Below are positions 52,372-64,000 of a stretch of 64,000 nucleotides of DNA, piece after piece. The notes beneath the pieces are model-generated. The model did not search any database. It was given only the letters and a program-made list of their open reading frames with translations, and was not told the origin of the DNA. The stretch comes from Cetorhinus maximus (taxonomy: Eukaryota). Every line of letters starts with the position of its first letter. The first letter of the stretch is position 1. The stretch is taken from assembly GCF_964194155.1 (NCBI RefSeq), contig NC_135887.1, positions 121,706,001 to 121,770,000 on the forward strand, given 5' to 3'. The translations under genes were made by a program, and so were the position numbers.

Positions 52372-52845
52372 ATGTCAGCCTTGGCTCAGTTGGTGGCACT
52401 CGTGCCTCTAAGTAAAAAGGTTATGAGTTCAAGTCCCACTCCAGAGACTTGAACTCAAAATCTAGGCTGACACCCCAGTACAGTACTGAGGGAGTGCTGT
52501 ACTGTTGGTAGCTGCTGCCTCTTGTATGAGATGTTAATTTGAGGTCCTGTTTGTCCCCTCAAGTGGATGCAAAAGGTCACATGGCACTATTTGAAGTAGA
52601 GCAGGGGAGCTTTCTCAGTGGCGTGACCAATAGTTATTCCTCAATGAATCATCTCAATCAGATTATGTGGTCATTGTCATATTGCTGTTTGTGGGAGCTT
52701 GCTATGCAGAATTTGGCTGCTGCATTTCCTACATTACATCTGTGGCTACACTTCAAAAAGTACTTCATTGCATCTAAAGCACTTTGGAATACCTGCAATC
52801 ATGAAAGGCACTTGATAATTAATATTTTTTCTTTCTTTCTTGTTT
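52372..52845 (+). mobile_element. Full-length tRNA-headed Deu-domain SINE (SacSINE1/AmnSINE1-like)
   Basis: A box TGGCTCAGTTGG (52382) and B box GAGTTCAAGTCC (52425). Central gtggatgcaaaaggtcacatggcactatttgaagtagagcagggg resembles the Deu domain as I recall it. Many copies occur in the window. Confidence 0.85.
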
Positions 52846-53613
52846 AACTTCTTCCTTTCTTTCCTTTGTGTGGGTTATACATTTTCCTCATGGCTTAATT
52901 TAAAATTAGTCTGTTCTGTTCTTACTTACTGCAACTGTGAAGACTTCACAATGCACCACTGTTGGGGAGTATCCACATGCATGTTAGGGCCAGATTTTCA
53001 CCAACTGCACCAATAGAAATAGATGGTCAAACAACTATTTCTCCCGGTGGCCTCATTATGAATTCTTGGCTGAGCCCCAAGACTCACTAATGGATCAGTC
53101 CAGCAGGGCAGAATTTTTCGCTCGGTGGGTGTGCGTGCACCCGACCCGTTTGAGTGTGAAATAATGAGCGATGACGTTGGCCGAGTGTGCCGACATCAAT
53201 GCGCACTTGGGTGATATTTCGCTAGGTGGGCGTGCAATGGAGATGGAGGCGTGCCCGCCATTAATTAAGAGGCCAGTTAAGGCCCTTGACGCACTAATTG
53301 TCTCTGACTTGACGTAGCCCATGCGATTTTTTTGGGCCGTCACAGGCAAAACGGACAGGCGGGCAGGCCACAATTAGCAAAAGCTCATCCACGGGCAGGA
53401 TGAGAAGGGTCAGGGGCATTGTTAATGTGAGTAGTGAGGAGTTTTGGATCAGACTTGCTGCTGGTTGCTTCTGTGAACTGGACAGCTTCATCTCGCTGCA
53501 TTCTGAGCAGTTCTAGGCTTCATTTCAGGACTCAGTGTTGTCTTCCAGGCCCACAGAGGATTCAGACCGTGTGGGCCCTTCCAGGTATCAGACAGCCTTC
53601 CATAACCCTGGTA

Positions 53614-54812
53614 ATGGGTCTCCGCTGGAGGCACCTCCTGTGAGGAGGAAGAGGAGGCCAAGTGTCCCAATGCAGCTTCCAGGGGAGAGACCTGTGGGAG
53701 GAGAGGCGGAGGAACAAGGGGTGAAGGGCCAGCAGGAAGTCCAAGGCAGAAGGGGCCATAGAAGATGTCATTATCCTGCTGCCAGGCGGCGATGCAGCTA
53801 CCTCCATATGTCCAAGGTGCAATGCTGAAGGAGGCTTCGTCTCGTAAGGGAGACAGTGGCCTCCATCTGTCAGAGGATCAGGTCTGAGATCAGCTCCGAC
53901 TGTGTGGGTGGACACCTCATGCCAATGGTTCTGAAGGTCACAGTGACCCTCAACTTCTATGTCTCCGGTTTTTTCCAGGGATCAGTGGGGGATCTGTGTG
54001 GAGTCTCCCAATCTGTTGTCCACAGTTGTGTCAAGCTGGTGACTGATGCTCTGTTCAGGTGGGTATTGACTTTCATTCATTTCCGTACATACGAGGCCAG
54101 CCAGGCTGAGCGAGCCAGAGGCTTTGCAGCGATTGCTGGGTTCCCCCCCGTCCAGGGTGCCATCAACTGCACACATGTGGCCATCAAGGCGCCAGTGGGT
54201 CAGACGGATACCTTTGTCAACAGGAAAGGATTCACCTCATAAACATGCAAATAGCATGTGATTATAAGATGCAGATTCTGCAAGTCTGTGCAAGGTACCC
54301 AGGCAGCTCCCATGACGCTTGCATCTTGAGACACTCCCAGGTGCCGAGGCTCTTCAGTGCTCCAGCCCAACTGGATGGATGGCTGCTGGGTGACAAGGGC
54401 TATCCCCTCAAAAGGTGGCTCATGACGCCCTCCGCCATCCAAGAACGGAGGCCAAGCAGCGGTACAACAGGAGCCATGCATCCACAAGGGTGGTGGTAGA
54501 GAGAACCATAGGTCTTCTCAAGATGCGCTTCCGATACCTGGACCGTTCAGCAGATGCACTGCAATACCCCCAGAGTGGGTGTCACTGATAGTGGTTGCAT
54601 GCTGCACTCTCCACAATCTGGCACTGGCAAGGGGGGACCCAGTGGAGGAAGAGGATGTTGACACAGCTGCACAGGCCACAGATGATGAGTCCAGTAGTGA
54701 GTCCAAGGACGAGCACGGTGAGGAGAATGCTGAGGGCATGGACGCTGATCTGGGTAACCTCCAGGGAGGCAGAGACATCCGGGATGATTTGATCCAATGC
54801 TCCTTCAGCTAG
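53614..54812 (+). pseudogene. Harbinger (HARBI1-like) DDE transposase, disrupted
   Basis: Motifs DLCGVSQSVVH, GFPPVQGAINCTH (the first catalytic Asp of G.IDCTH is Asn here), NRKGF, YPGSSHDACIL, LLGDKGY, ERTIGLLKMRF and IVVACCTLHN. They are split across ORFs 53856, 54245 and 54579 by stops and frameshifts. Start position approximate. Confidence 0.9.
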
Positions 54813-55159
54813 TCGACCAAATAAGAACCACCACCACATGTCAGGGCTGCAGGCTTCATACTCGATCCCAAAGAGGACTATTTCCTTGACCAGCAACATA
54901 CCCTCTGTGCCTGTGCAATGAAGTTTCAGGAGACACACGTCGATCATTACATAATGGCCTACACGGCACCTACAGATCAAATGGAGCATACAGAGGCCAA
55001 TAGCACAAAATAACACCTCATTTAATTGTGAATGTGAAACGTAGTTGAAATGAACATTAACTGTTGTTTTTAATCGCACCATGAAAAAATTTAAACCAAA
55101 ATGGGGAAACAAAATATCACCCGTGATAAGTCCATCTTATATTTAAGGTGCTTTACATT

Positions 55160-56900
55160 TACGTTTGCGGGTGCTACGCCTAGATGCACCCCCTCGTTGG
55201 TACTGGCATTGGAGACAGCCTGCTCACTCTGCTGTCTTGTTGGCCTTGATGACCTTGGCGGTCGTCCTCTGGCCCGTGGAGCCTCTGCTGGCCCCGCCTC
55301 AGAGGGAGCTGCCAGTTCCACAGCTGGCATCGCCCCAGTCACCGCAGCCTCACCAGATGCCATGGTCACTGGCAGAGGGGCGGAGGAGCTGCTGCTGTCA
55401 TCTGGAGCGCCCTGAGAGGAGCCCACAGAGACGACAGGCAAATCGTGTGCCAACATGAGATTGCAATGAACCTCCCTGCTCACCATTGATGGCTGGGCAC
55501 TGAGCTCGCGATACTGGGTGCCTAATCCATCCCCCACACTGACACTGACCATCTGAGGTCATTGCTGGTCTGTGGGCCTGCGGGTCCGAGTGCATCCCCA
55601 GGAACCCCTGATTCAGCTCCTGAAGGAATCTCTCCATGAGAGTCGCCACTCTCTCCATGGGGGAGGCATTGCGCTCGGCCAAGAGGGTCAACCCAGTGGT
55701 CATGCTCCGCAGGGCCTCCTCCACAGCGGATATCATGGCACGCATTCCCTCATGTATCTCCGCCAGGTCCTCCCGCACACCCTGCTGGACATCCAGCATC
55801 TGCTGCTTAATAGGCGACTCCAGAGGCCCATCATCAGCCATCGACTGAGCATTGTCCTGGTACCCAGCAGTCCTCCAGCTGCCAGCACCCTCTGCCACTG
55901 CCTGCACCTCAAGCGAGTGTGAAGTTCCCTCACCAATGTGCACCGAGATACTAGATGGTGATCTTGTGCCCACTGAGGTGCTGGTATCTGCGCTGGTGCC
56001 TGCTTGACAGAGATGGTGTGATGCAGGTGGGTGCTCAGCATGATGGTCCTCTGGGGTCAGGGGTGGGCCTTCAGGCTTCTCATAGCGACCGCCTGCTGGT
56101 GAGCCTAAAAGGGACAAGAAGGACATGTCATTAGTTTAAGTCATGACACTGTCACTGTGCATGCCAGGCACCCTGGTGAGACAGAGATATGGTGTCCTCG
56201 TCTTTCCATTATCAATGGGGACTCCAGGCTTGAGGCTCACATCAATATAGAGACTACACTAGAATGATAGCAATAGCCGACATTCTCCCCTCAGTGTACT
56301 GCACTCTTACCTTCGTCTGGCACCCCAGCCTCACCGCGGCTGCTTAATCAAGGTGCATGGAGCCTCTCGAGCTCCAGGGTCTACTGCTCGTAACGCGTGA
56401 GGATTGGGAGGTGTGGGGGTTCCCTGCCAGTCCACGACCTCTCAGTATTATTATGGGATGTCTTCTCCTGAAAAGACAGAGGAGCATTGATTAGTCCACT
56501 CTCCACCTGCAGCGCTATTGCACCATGGCCAACCCCGCCTGAGGAACACCTCGCAGGGCTCAGCTGATACATGACTCTGGATCCGCAAAGCAGTCAGGGC
56601 TCACCCCCTTGGCCAGCTCCTGCCTCATTGACATTTGCCACTCACACTCTGAGGTCCACGGGGCGATGGCCAGTTCTTAACTGTTCTGCAAATTGACCCG
56701 TGCCAACACGGTACAACACGCAGCAGGTCGTTGAAGCGCTTCCAGCACTGCACCCATTTGCACCTTGCCACGTCGTGGCTGCTGACCCTGGATGCCACCT
56801 CCTCCCAGGCCCTTTTTGGTGAGGTCTGGGACCCTCCTCCTCCCATCTCTGGGGACCAAGGGTTTCCCTCCTGGCTGCCACCTCCGAAGCACTCATCCGA
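55160..56900 (-). pseudogene. Harbinger Myb/SANT-like accessory gene, spliced and disrupted
   Basis: AWEEVASRVS...WVQCWKRFNDLL (trihelix/Myb-like). Internal exon 56467-56311 (EKTSHNNTERSWTG) has acceptor tctgtcttttcag and donor gtaaga. The last exon starts at 56104 after acceptor cttgtcccttttag with an ACTAAT branch-like motif. Confidence 0.8.
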
Positions 56901-59194
56901 GAAATGTGGGCCGACTGCCCTCCCGCCTGGCACGTCCAACCTCAATGGGATCCACGATCCACGGAGACTTCAGCGTCCTTCCAGGGGCTGCCTGGGCCAG
57001 TTTTGAATCAGCCACCAGGTCGCCAGTGGACCCAATGGACATCATACCCCTGCCCGTCCTTTCTCGCTGATCCCCCTTAATTGGCCCGCCAACGTGAAAC
57101 CGCGGTGCGCCCGCGATCGGCTTCCTGACCACCCCCGCCAAGCCCGCACGCCAAGGGTAACATTCTGCCCCAGGGGCCTGTTTACACAGGCTGAAGCGGA
57201 GTGGTAACTTTGATTGACGTCTTTAGGAGGTTAAAATAAGTTATTCCTTTGATCTGTTTTTTCAACATTTGTGATGCCAATCTTCCAAGCAGTGGCAATC
57301 ACCGTTGGATTGCTACTCTGCACCCATCTACTTACCTTGCACTGGAGCTCTGCGTTTCTCACCCGGGCATCTGACCCGGGCCTCCTCAGAAATGAGGAGT
57401 GTAGAGTCCTCCTTCATAGTCCAGGATCATCGGAGGCAGCCAAGCCATGCCCCCTTTTTATGGCAGTAAGTTTAAAGGCCTCAAAGCCACTTTGAGAAGC
57501 AACAGAGAGAAGGTAAGTGTGTAAGTGAAGTGGGCGAGGAGTAGGATGACAGCTGGGTGGGTGAGGGGATAAGATGGCAGGTAAGTGGGTGAGGGAATGG
57601 GGTAGCTGGTAAGATGGGTGAGGGGATAAGATGGCAGGTAAGTGGGTGAGGGAATAGGGTAGCTGGTAAGTGGGCGAGGGGGTAGGGTGGGTTGGGGGTG
57701 TCTGAGTAGCTGGGAGGATAGCAGGGGTGTCGGGAAGATATTTGGTTAGTCAGGGGGAAAGTCATGGTGTCAGGGTGATGGTGGGGAAATTGGGAGGGTA
57801 ATTGGATGGGGGGATAGTCAAGGAGTGGGGAGGATAGTTGGGGGGTGGGGGGGTTGCAGGGTTAGTCATCAGGTCCGGGGGATAGTCAGGTGGGCGGGAG
57901 GGTAATGGGGGGGATCCGGATGGTAGTTGGGTGTTTGAGGGATAGTCCTGGATTCAGTGGGGCGGTCTTGGTGGTTGCAGGCGTACTCATTGGACCGGGA
58001 GTTAGCCGAGTGGCTGAGAGGGTAGTCAGGTTGTTGGGGGTGTAGTTTGGGGATCGGGGGTCATTGTGGGGGTCAGGGGGAATAGTTCCGGGTTCCAGTG
58101 GGCAGTCGGGAGGTCACTAGTATAGTTACCAGGAGTTAGAACTGGTTTTAACTCTTCTAACTTTTCCTGGGTAACTATTCTGGTAAGTGAGTCGGACCAT
58201 CTGAATCTCCGACTTCAATTCAGAGTTTCCACGGGTTCCAGATGCAAGGGAATTGCCCATCGTGAATCCAAACTTCCTGGGCAATTCTAGCATAGTCAGT
58301 GCTTGGGAACTCCTGAGGGGTCCCCCAGTGCATCTTGGGGCAGGGGTACCTCTGACGTACGAATATCCAGAGATCAGAAGTTCTGGGCCTGTATGTTTAT
58401 TTGGATGAGGTGAAGGGGTGTGAAGTGGGGTAGAGCTTCTATTGTTGAAACTATGAATGGCAGCGTCAGATTGACACTTTTATAAGGTTGTAAGAGCAGC
58501 AGTTTTTTTTTTCAAAGCAATTTCTGAATGGGTGTTTTTTCATTGATATTTCAAGACTTGCTATTGTTATATGGCTCATTGGTTTTGTACATAGTGCGAA
58601 CTGGGTGAGTGTGCATGGAAAGGGCAGGGGGTATGGATGGGGTATGGATTTGTGATGTGAGGGGGCGTGGGTAAGAGCCTTTAAATTTATCTTTCAAAAG
58701 GTTTGTGAATCTAGACTATGTTCACAGCCCCTCTTATGGACCACAAACCACGAGTCCTCGAGAAGCTGGCCGGACTCCACGAACCTTGTGGGGGAGAATG
58801 AGATGCCACAATGGAACTGGCCATGTCGGGAGTGCATTATCCCACACTGAAGAAAATGTTGGCACCAGGAATGGAGGCAGGAATCCCGGAGTGGGGTCCC
58901 ACCCGTATTTTTAACAGCCTCCGGAGTTGGCCCAATTCTGCAAAAATTGAGGCCATGTTTTCATTATGAATGTTGCCAACACACTATTTATAAACTGAAT
59001 GTAGCCTGAGGCATTACTGTAAATAAGATTATCCCAGCACTGGCACTGTTCAGATATTGCTCAATAATCCCACAATAATTGGCAAAGGACAAATTGCTCA
59101 ACTTGGACGGGGCAGGATTACAGGCAGCTACTTATTTCATTTTTTGTTTTTATTGAAAGGGGTATGAGTAAATGGTTGAAGATTTAGAGACACT

Positions 59195-60888
59195 GGATGG
59201 AATTTTCCCTGTATTGCACGAAATGCGGTGGTGAGCGCGAAAAGGACGATTTTCCTGCTGGCCGCAATGGCCGGTTTTTGTGCCATATCCACCTGCTTCC
59301 TGGCGCGTTCCACCTCATTACTAACGGGTGCACGGGAGACATGGTGTGGCAGGTGGGCTCGGATTTGCCCGCCACACCGTGACCTCAGTGCTTCCGTTCT
59401 CTAGGTGCCTGCCATGTTTAAAGTGCACCAGAGCGCAGCCTACTTCGTGTCTACAGACCAGACGGCTGCCCCAGGCGACAGGTGGCCCTGAAAGCAAAGA
59501 AGAGGGCAGCCCCCAAATTTAATGACGCCTCTCCTGGGCGCCTGCTGGGTGCAGGGGAAGGTCACTGCAAACTCCTCTAATACGGCTCTGGGCGGAGACC
59601 AGCCACCAAGCTCAGCAATCCAGCATATGAGGTAGTGGTGAGTGCCAGTGACCTGCCACCCCTTCACCTTGAGGGTGGTGCTCCTCCCTTTGCCAAGCCT
59701 GGCGCCTCCATCACAATCTTCTTCTTCTCTGCTCCGTGTAAGCCATGAGGCATACAGCTAGATCGCCAGGCTTCATCATCCTGATGTTCACCTCTTGCAG
59801 TATCAAAGAGAGAGAGAGACACGTGGATTAGCATATGTCTCCTCAGGACCTCTCTTGGTTAAGTCTCCAGCTCCGACTGCATCTCAAGGCTCCATCACGC
59901 ATGCCGGAGAGTGCTGGCCAACTCTTGGATGCTGTGCTCTCAGCTCAGGCATTCTCCTAACCTGTGCAGTTAGCTTGAACCATGAGGGCTACTGGTCCAA
60001 ACCTGAATAAATACATTGTAAGGGGCTCCGAGCGCTTCCATCAGTGACTGTTCCAAGCCCAACTTTTGCAAGGGGATTCTACAACTATCCCAGTCACCCA
60101 ATTGTTCTGCAGCCTCCTAAAATACACATTAATTTGCAGCCTGTACCCAAGGGGTGAAAACGTTCTGGTTGCTTGAGTGGGCAGACATGCTTCAGAGGCT
60201 CGGCTCCAAGCATGTCAGTCGAGGTGCTGGTGAACAGTCTCGGCTGTGGAAGAATGCTCGTTTTTAACAAGTGCATGGCCGCTTCCCTCACCCTCCCTGC
60301 CATCCCCCGCCCCCGCGGCATGTGCTTGTGTACTCCCATACTTCCATCAGCCCATGCTGCCTTGCCCCCTCCCTCAGCCTCACCCACACTGGAGCCCTTG
60401 CCCCAGCACCACACTGAAAGCCAGCCGGGAAAAAGCGACTTGCCCCCCACCCCCCCCGAATGCATGGCGCCTCTTCCGTGATGTCCTATTGGTGATCCTT
60501 GCGAGTGCTGTGCAAGTCTGTGTGCACTAACCTCTGAGTTGCCCTCGAAGTTCAGCTCGCCAGGTGTGCGCCTTTTAAAGGCCATTGTAAACCACGCCGT
60601 TCTGAAGTCAGTCCGACGTGAGAATTAAATTTGATGTTCGGGGGACGATTCCGGCGTGCGGGCACAATAATGGGATGCAAATTCATTAAAATTAAGCTCC
60701 CAACGTTAGATGGAGGGAAACACGGCCCTTCACTGACGGTGGGGGGGGGTGGGGGTGGGGGGGGGGGTGGGTGGACAATTGATTCCTGAATTTACGCCGC
60801 CAAGAAACGCAACTAGGGCCATCTCGCAGCATTTTCTGCTCACACCACCAAACACGCCCACTGCAAACGGGAGCGTTCAACTCCGGCG
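59195..60888 (+). mobile_element. Internally deleted Harbinger element of a second lineage
   Basis: Degenerate TIRs GGATGGAATT and AACTCCGGCG with ACT on both flanks. 59482 onward reads (M)ALKAKKRAAPKFNDAS, a Myb-like N-terminus shared with 18901. Confidence 0.6.
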
Positions 60889-60999
60889 ACTGGGTGGGAT
60901 TTTCTGGTTCTGCCCACTGCGGGAATCGGCGCAGGTGGGAGGCAAAATTTGACGGACCACTTTGGTAGGGAAAAGAGAAAAGTAAATTTTTTTTTTCAT

Positions 61000-61810
61000 T
61001 GGTGCAAAACTGGGATATTGGGAGGGGCCTGGCTGTCTTTGTCCATGACAGCAAGTTAACATGCAGGTACAGCAAGAAATTAGAAAAGCAAAACAGATTA
61101 GTTTGTAAAAGGAGATATGTCTGACTGCAGTAGGGTCTTGGTGGGACCACACCTGTGCACTTTTGGTCTCCCTATTCTAGAATGGGTGTACCTGTCTTGG
61201 AGGGAGTTCAACAAAGGTTCACTAGACTGATTCTTGGGATGAGGGGATTGTCCTGTGAAGAGAGATTGGGTGGTCTAGGCCGATGTTCCCTCTAAGAATG
61301 AGAGATAATCTCATTGAAACATATAAAATTCTTCACAGTGTTAATTTGATCTAATTGCATACGGGTAGTGGAAATTAACTGGGGATTCCCTTGTGCCCCT
61401 ATAAAAAGGAACTGACTGAAGCTGTGGTTGTCTGGGTGAGGGGGTGTATGTTTGTAATGTATGTTTCCATAAATAAATGCTTATAGAAGTGTGTAACAAT
61501 TGGCCCCAGTCCTTCCCTTCACCACCTGGCTTTCTGGATTATAACAAAGGGTCTTGACAAGGTGGATGCTGGGATGATGTTTCCCCTGGCTGGGAAGTCT
61601 AGAAGTAGGGGTCATGGCCTCAGAATAAGGGGTCAGCTGTTAGGATTGAGATGAGGAGAAATTTCATCACTCAAATGGGTTGAGAATCAGAGGATATGGG
61701 GAAGAAGTGTGAAAGTGCGGCTGAGGGAGAAGATCAGCCATGATCTAATTGAATGACAGAGCAGGTTTGAAGAGCGGAATACCCAACTGCTGCTCATATT
61801 ACATATGTAC
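61000..61810 (+). mobile_element. Classical CR1 3' fragment interrupted by a solo LTR
   Basis: Collinear with 27720-29068 (ggttcactagactgatt, ctcattgaaacatataaaattc). Confidence 0.8.
61339..61546 (+). mobile_element. Solo LTR, probably Gypsy-type, 208 bp
   Basis: TGTTA...TAACA termini, TATAAAA at 61400 and AATAAA at 61472. It interrupts the CR1. The TSD is not clean. Confidence 0.65.
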
Positions 61811-62494
61811 AGTAATTACTCTGGTAATGAATTCAAATCTACACTTGTGTATTTACATTCTGGTATTGGAAACAGCAGTACACCACCAAATCAAGTGCTA
61901 CCTTTATAGTCTAGTGTACTGTGATTAGCTTCAGCATCATTCTGACTTGTGATAGATGTAAAATCAGATCAGAGGCAAATGCTTGTACAGTCAGTGGAGC
62001 GAATACCTTGATCACAGTTAGCACAGCAAACATAGATAAAAGTGGCACATTGGGATAATTCCATAACCCAGTCACGCCAGGGAAGACACCATCAGAAGTC
62101 ACAGGCACTTCTTTCCACTTCTAGAATGGAATGGCATAGAATTATACCAAACAGAAACAGGCAATTTGATCCAAGAGGCCTTTGCTGGCATTTATGTTCC
62201 ATACAAGCCTCCTGGCACATTTTCATTTAACCTTATCAATATATCCTTCTATTACTTTCCCCCTCATGTACTTATCCAGCTTCTTCTTAAATGAACCCAT
62301 GCTATTTGCCTCAACCATTCCGTGTGCTAGTGAGTTCCACATTCCCACACTCTGGCATCGCCAGGAGAAAGGCTGATGTTAGCGACACAGTGGAAAAGAA
62401 AACTTAGAGAAAAAAATCTTCCAGGTTGCCAAGTTGCCTGTTCCCTGCCTGTCAATAAAAGTGAAAACTCCCCACCCCCTTATTCACTCCCTCA

Positions 62495-64000
62495 GGGGAG
62501 GTGATAGTGCAGTGGTATTGTCGCTGGGCTAATAACCCAGAGACCCAGAGTAACACTATGGGGACCCGGGCTCGAATGCCGCCACGGCAGATGGTGGAAT
62601 TTGAATCCAATAAAAATCTGGAATTAAAAGTCTAATGTCGACCATGGGACCAATATTGATTGTTGCAAAAACCCATCTCGTTCACTAATGCCCTTTAGGG
62701 AAGGAAATCTGTTGTTCTTACCTGCCCCGGCCTACATGTGACTCCAGACCCACTTAAATACCCTCTAGCAAGCCACTCAGTTGTAACAAACTGCTACAAA
62801 GTCACAAAAAAGGAATGAAACTGGACGGACCACCCAGCATCGACCTAGGCACCAGAGATGACAACTGAAGTCCTCCTGGAGGATAGGGGCTAGTGCCAAA
62901 ATTGGGAGAGCTGTCTCACAACTAGTCAAGTAACAGCCTGACATAGTCATACTCATGGAAACATACATTACAGATAATGTTCCAGATGCCGCCATCATCA
63001 TCCCTGGGTATGTCCTGTCCCACCAGCAGGATAGGCCCAGCAGAGGTGGTGGCGCAGTTGTATACAGCCAGGAGGAAGTTACCCTGGGACAACATCGACT
63101 CTGGACCCCATGAAGTCTTATAGCATCAGGTCAAACATGGGCCCTCCCTCAGCTGATGAATCCGTGCTCCTCCATGTTGAAACCACTTGGAGGAAGCACT
63201 GAGGGTGGCAAGGGCACAGAATGTACTCTGGATGGGGGACTTCAATGTCCATCACTGAGTGGCTTAGTAGCACCACTATTGACCGAGCTGGCCAAGTCCT
63301 AAACGACAGTGCTGTTAGACTAGGTCTGCGGCAGATGGTGAGGATCTCATCCTCACCAACCTGCCTGCCACAGATGTATCTGCCCATGACAGTATTGGTA
63401 GGAGAGACTACTGCACAGTCGTTGTGGAGATGAAGTCCCGCTTCCATATTGAGGATATCCTCCACGTTGTGTGGCACTACCACCGTGCTAAATGGAATAG
63501 ATTTCAGACCAATCTAACAACTCAAGACTGAGCATCCATGAGGCGCTGTGGGCCATCAGCAGCATCAGAATTGTAGTGGAACACAATCTGTAACCTCATG
63601 GCCCAGCATATCCCCAGTTCTACCATTACCATCAAGCCAGGGGATCAACCCTGGTTCAATGAAGAGTGCAGGAGGGCATGCCAGGAGCAACACCAAGCAT
63701 ACCTAAAAATGAGGCATCATATAACACAGGACTACTTGCATGCCAAACAGCATAAGGAGCAAGTGATAGACAGGGCTGAGTGATCCCACAGCAACGGATC
63801 AGATCTAAGCTCTGCAGTCCTGCCACATCCAGTCGTGAATGGTGGACAAATAAACAACTCACTGGAGGAGGAGGCTCCACAAATATCCCTATCCTCAATG
63901 ATGGAGGAGCCTAGCACATCAGTGCAAAAGATAAGGCTGAAGTATTTGCTACAATCTTCAGCCAGAAGTGCCGAGTGGATGATCCATCTTGGCCTCCTCC
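62495..64000 (+). mobile_element. CR1-group LINE 5' portion: tRNA-like head directly followed by a decayed APE endonuclease; runs off the window
   Basis: A-box-like TAGTGCAGTGG (62505) and B-box-like GGCTCGAATGCC (62569). From about 62885 the sequence reads QPDIVILMETY...PGY...DRPSRGGGAVVY, GDFN (63235) and KPGDQPWFNEECRRA. Confidence 0.85.

Larger units (their letters stand above)
53106..57170 (+). mobile_element. PIF/Harbinger DNA transposon, formerly autonomous two-gene type, decayed
   Basis: TIRs GGGCAGAATTTT (53106) and AACATTCTGCCC (to 57170). Probable CAG TSD (one G ambiguous on the left). Contains convergent transposase and Myb/SANT-like gene remnants. Confidence 0.92.
52987..58389. 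mobile_element. Older TIR element hosting the 53106 Harbinger, with G-rich interior (57480-58120)
   Basis: Ends GGGCCAGATTTTC and GAAGTTCTGGGCC (10/13 inverted match). No clean TSD. Confidence 0.4.

Noticed and set aside
52372-52445. tRNA gene
   Set aside because: The A/B boxes continue into a multi-copy SINE body. The same applies to the heads at about 6570, 9430, 26900, 43360 and 62495.
53856-54812. Domesticated HARBI1 host gene
   Set aside because: It has multiple stops and frameshifts and a lost catalytic Asp, and it sits inside TIRs with a Myb partner, so it is a transposon relic.
47409-64000. Next SHANK2 exon (expected VLSIGEGGFWEG-like)
   Set aside because: Not found by eye in the remaining 16.6 kb, so it is presumably beyond the window. 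Upstream ankyrin exons were likewise not seen in 1-16754.

Overview
This is vertebrate, repeat-dense genomic DNA. The repeat families (Deu-domain SINEs, CR1, L2, RTE, Penelope and Harbinger) point to a cartilaginous fish, probably a shark; that assignment is inference. The window lies inside SHANK2 on the + strand. Three coding exons splice in matching phase: an alternative first exon at 16755-16788 (MKSLLNALKIE, resembling the Shank2A/ProSAP1A N-terminus), an exon at 23852-24158, and the first SH3-domain exon at 47251-47408. The rest is intron filled with nested, mostly decayed transposons. These include a 4 kb two-gene PIF/Harbinger relic (53106-57170) with related MITEs, and a CR1-group LINE (62495-64000) that starts with a tRNA-like Pol III head and has no room for ORF1. 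A SINE at 35834-36210 shares both that LINE's 5' head and the 3' tail of CR1-group copies inferred to be the same family. Most ORFs in the supplied track are spurious or are transposon remnants. Family names come from recall and motif reading, not database searches, and repeat boundaries are approximate unless TIRs or TSDs are given.
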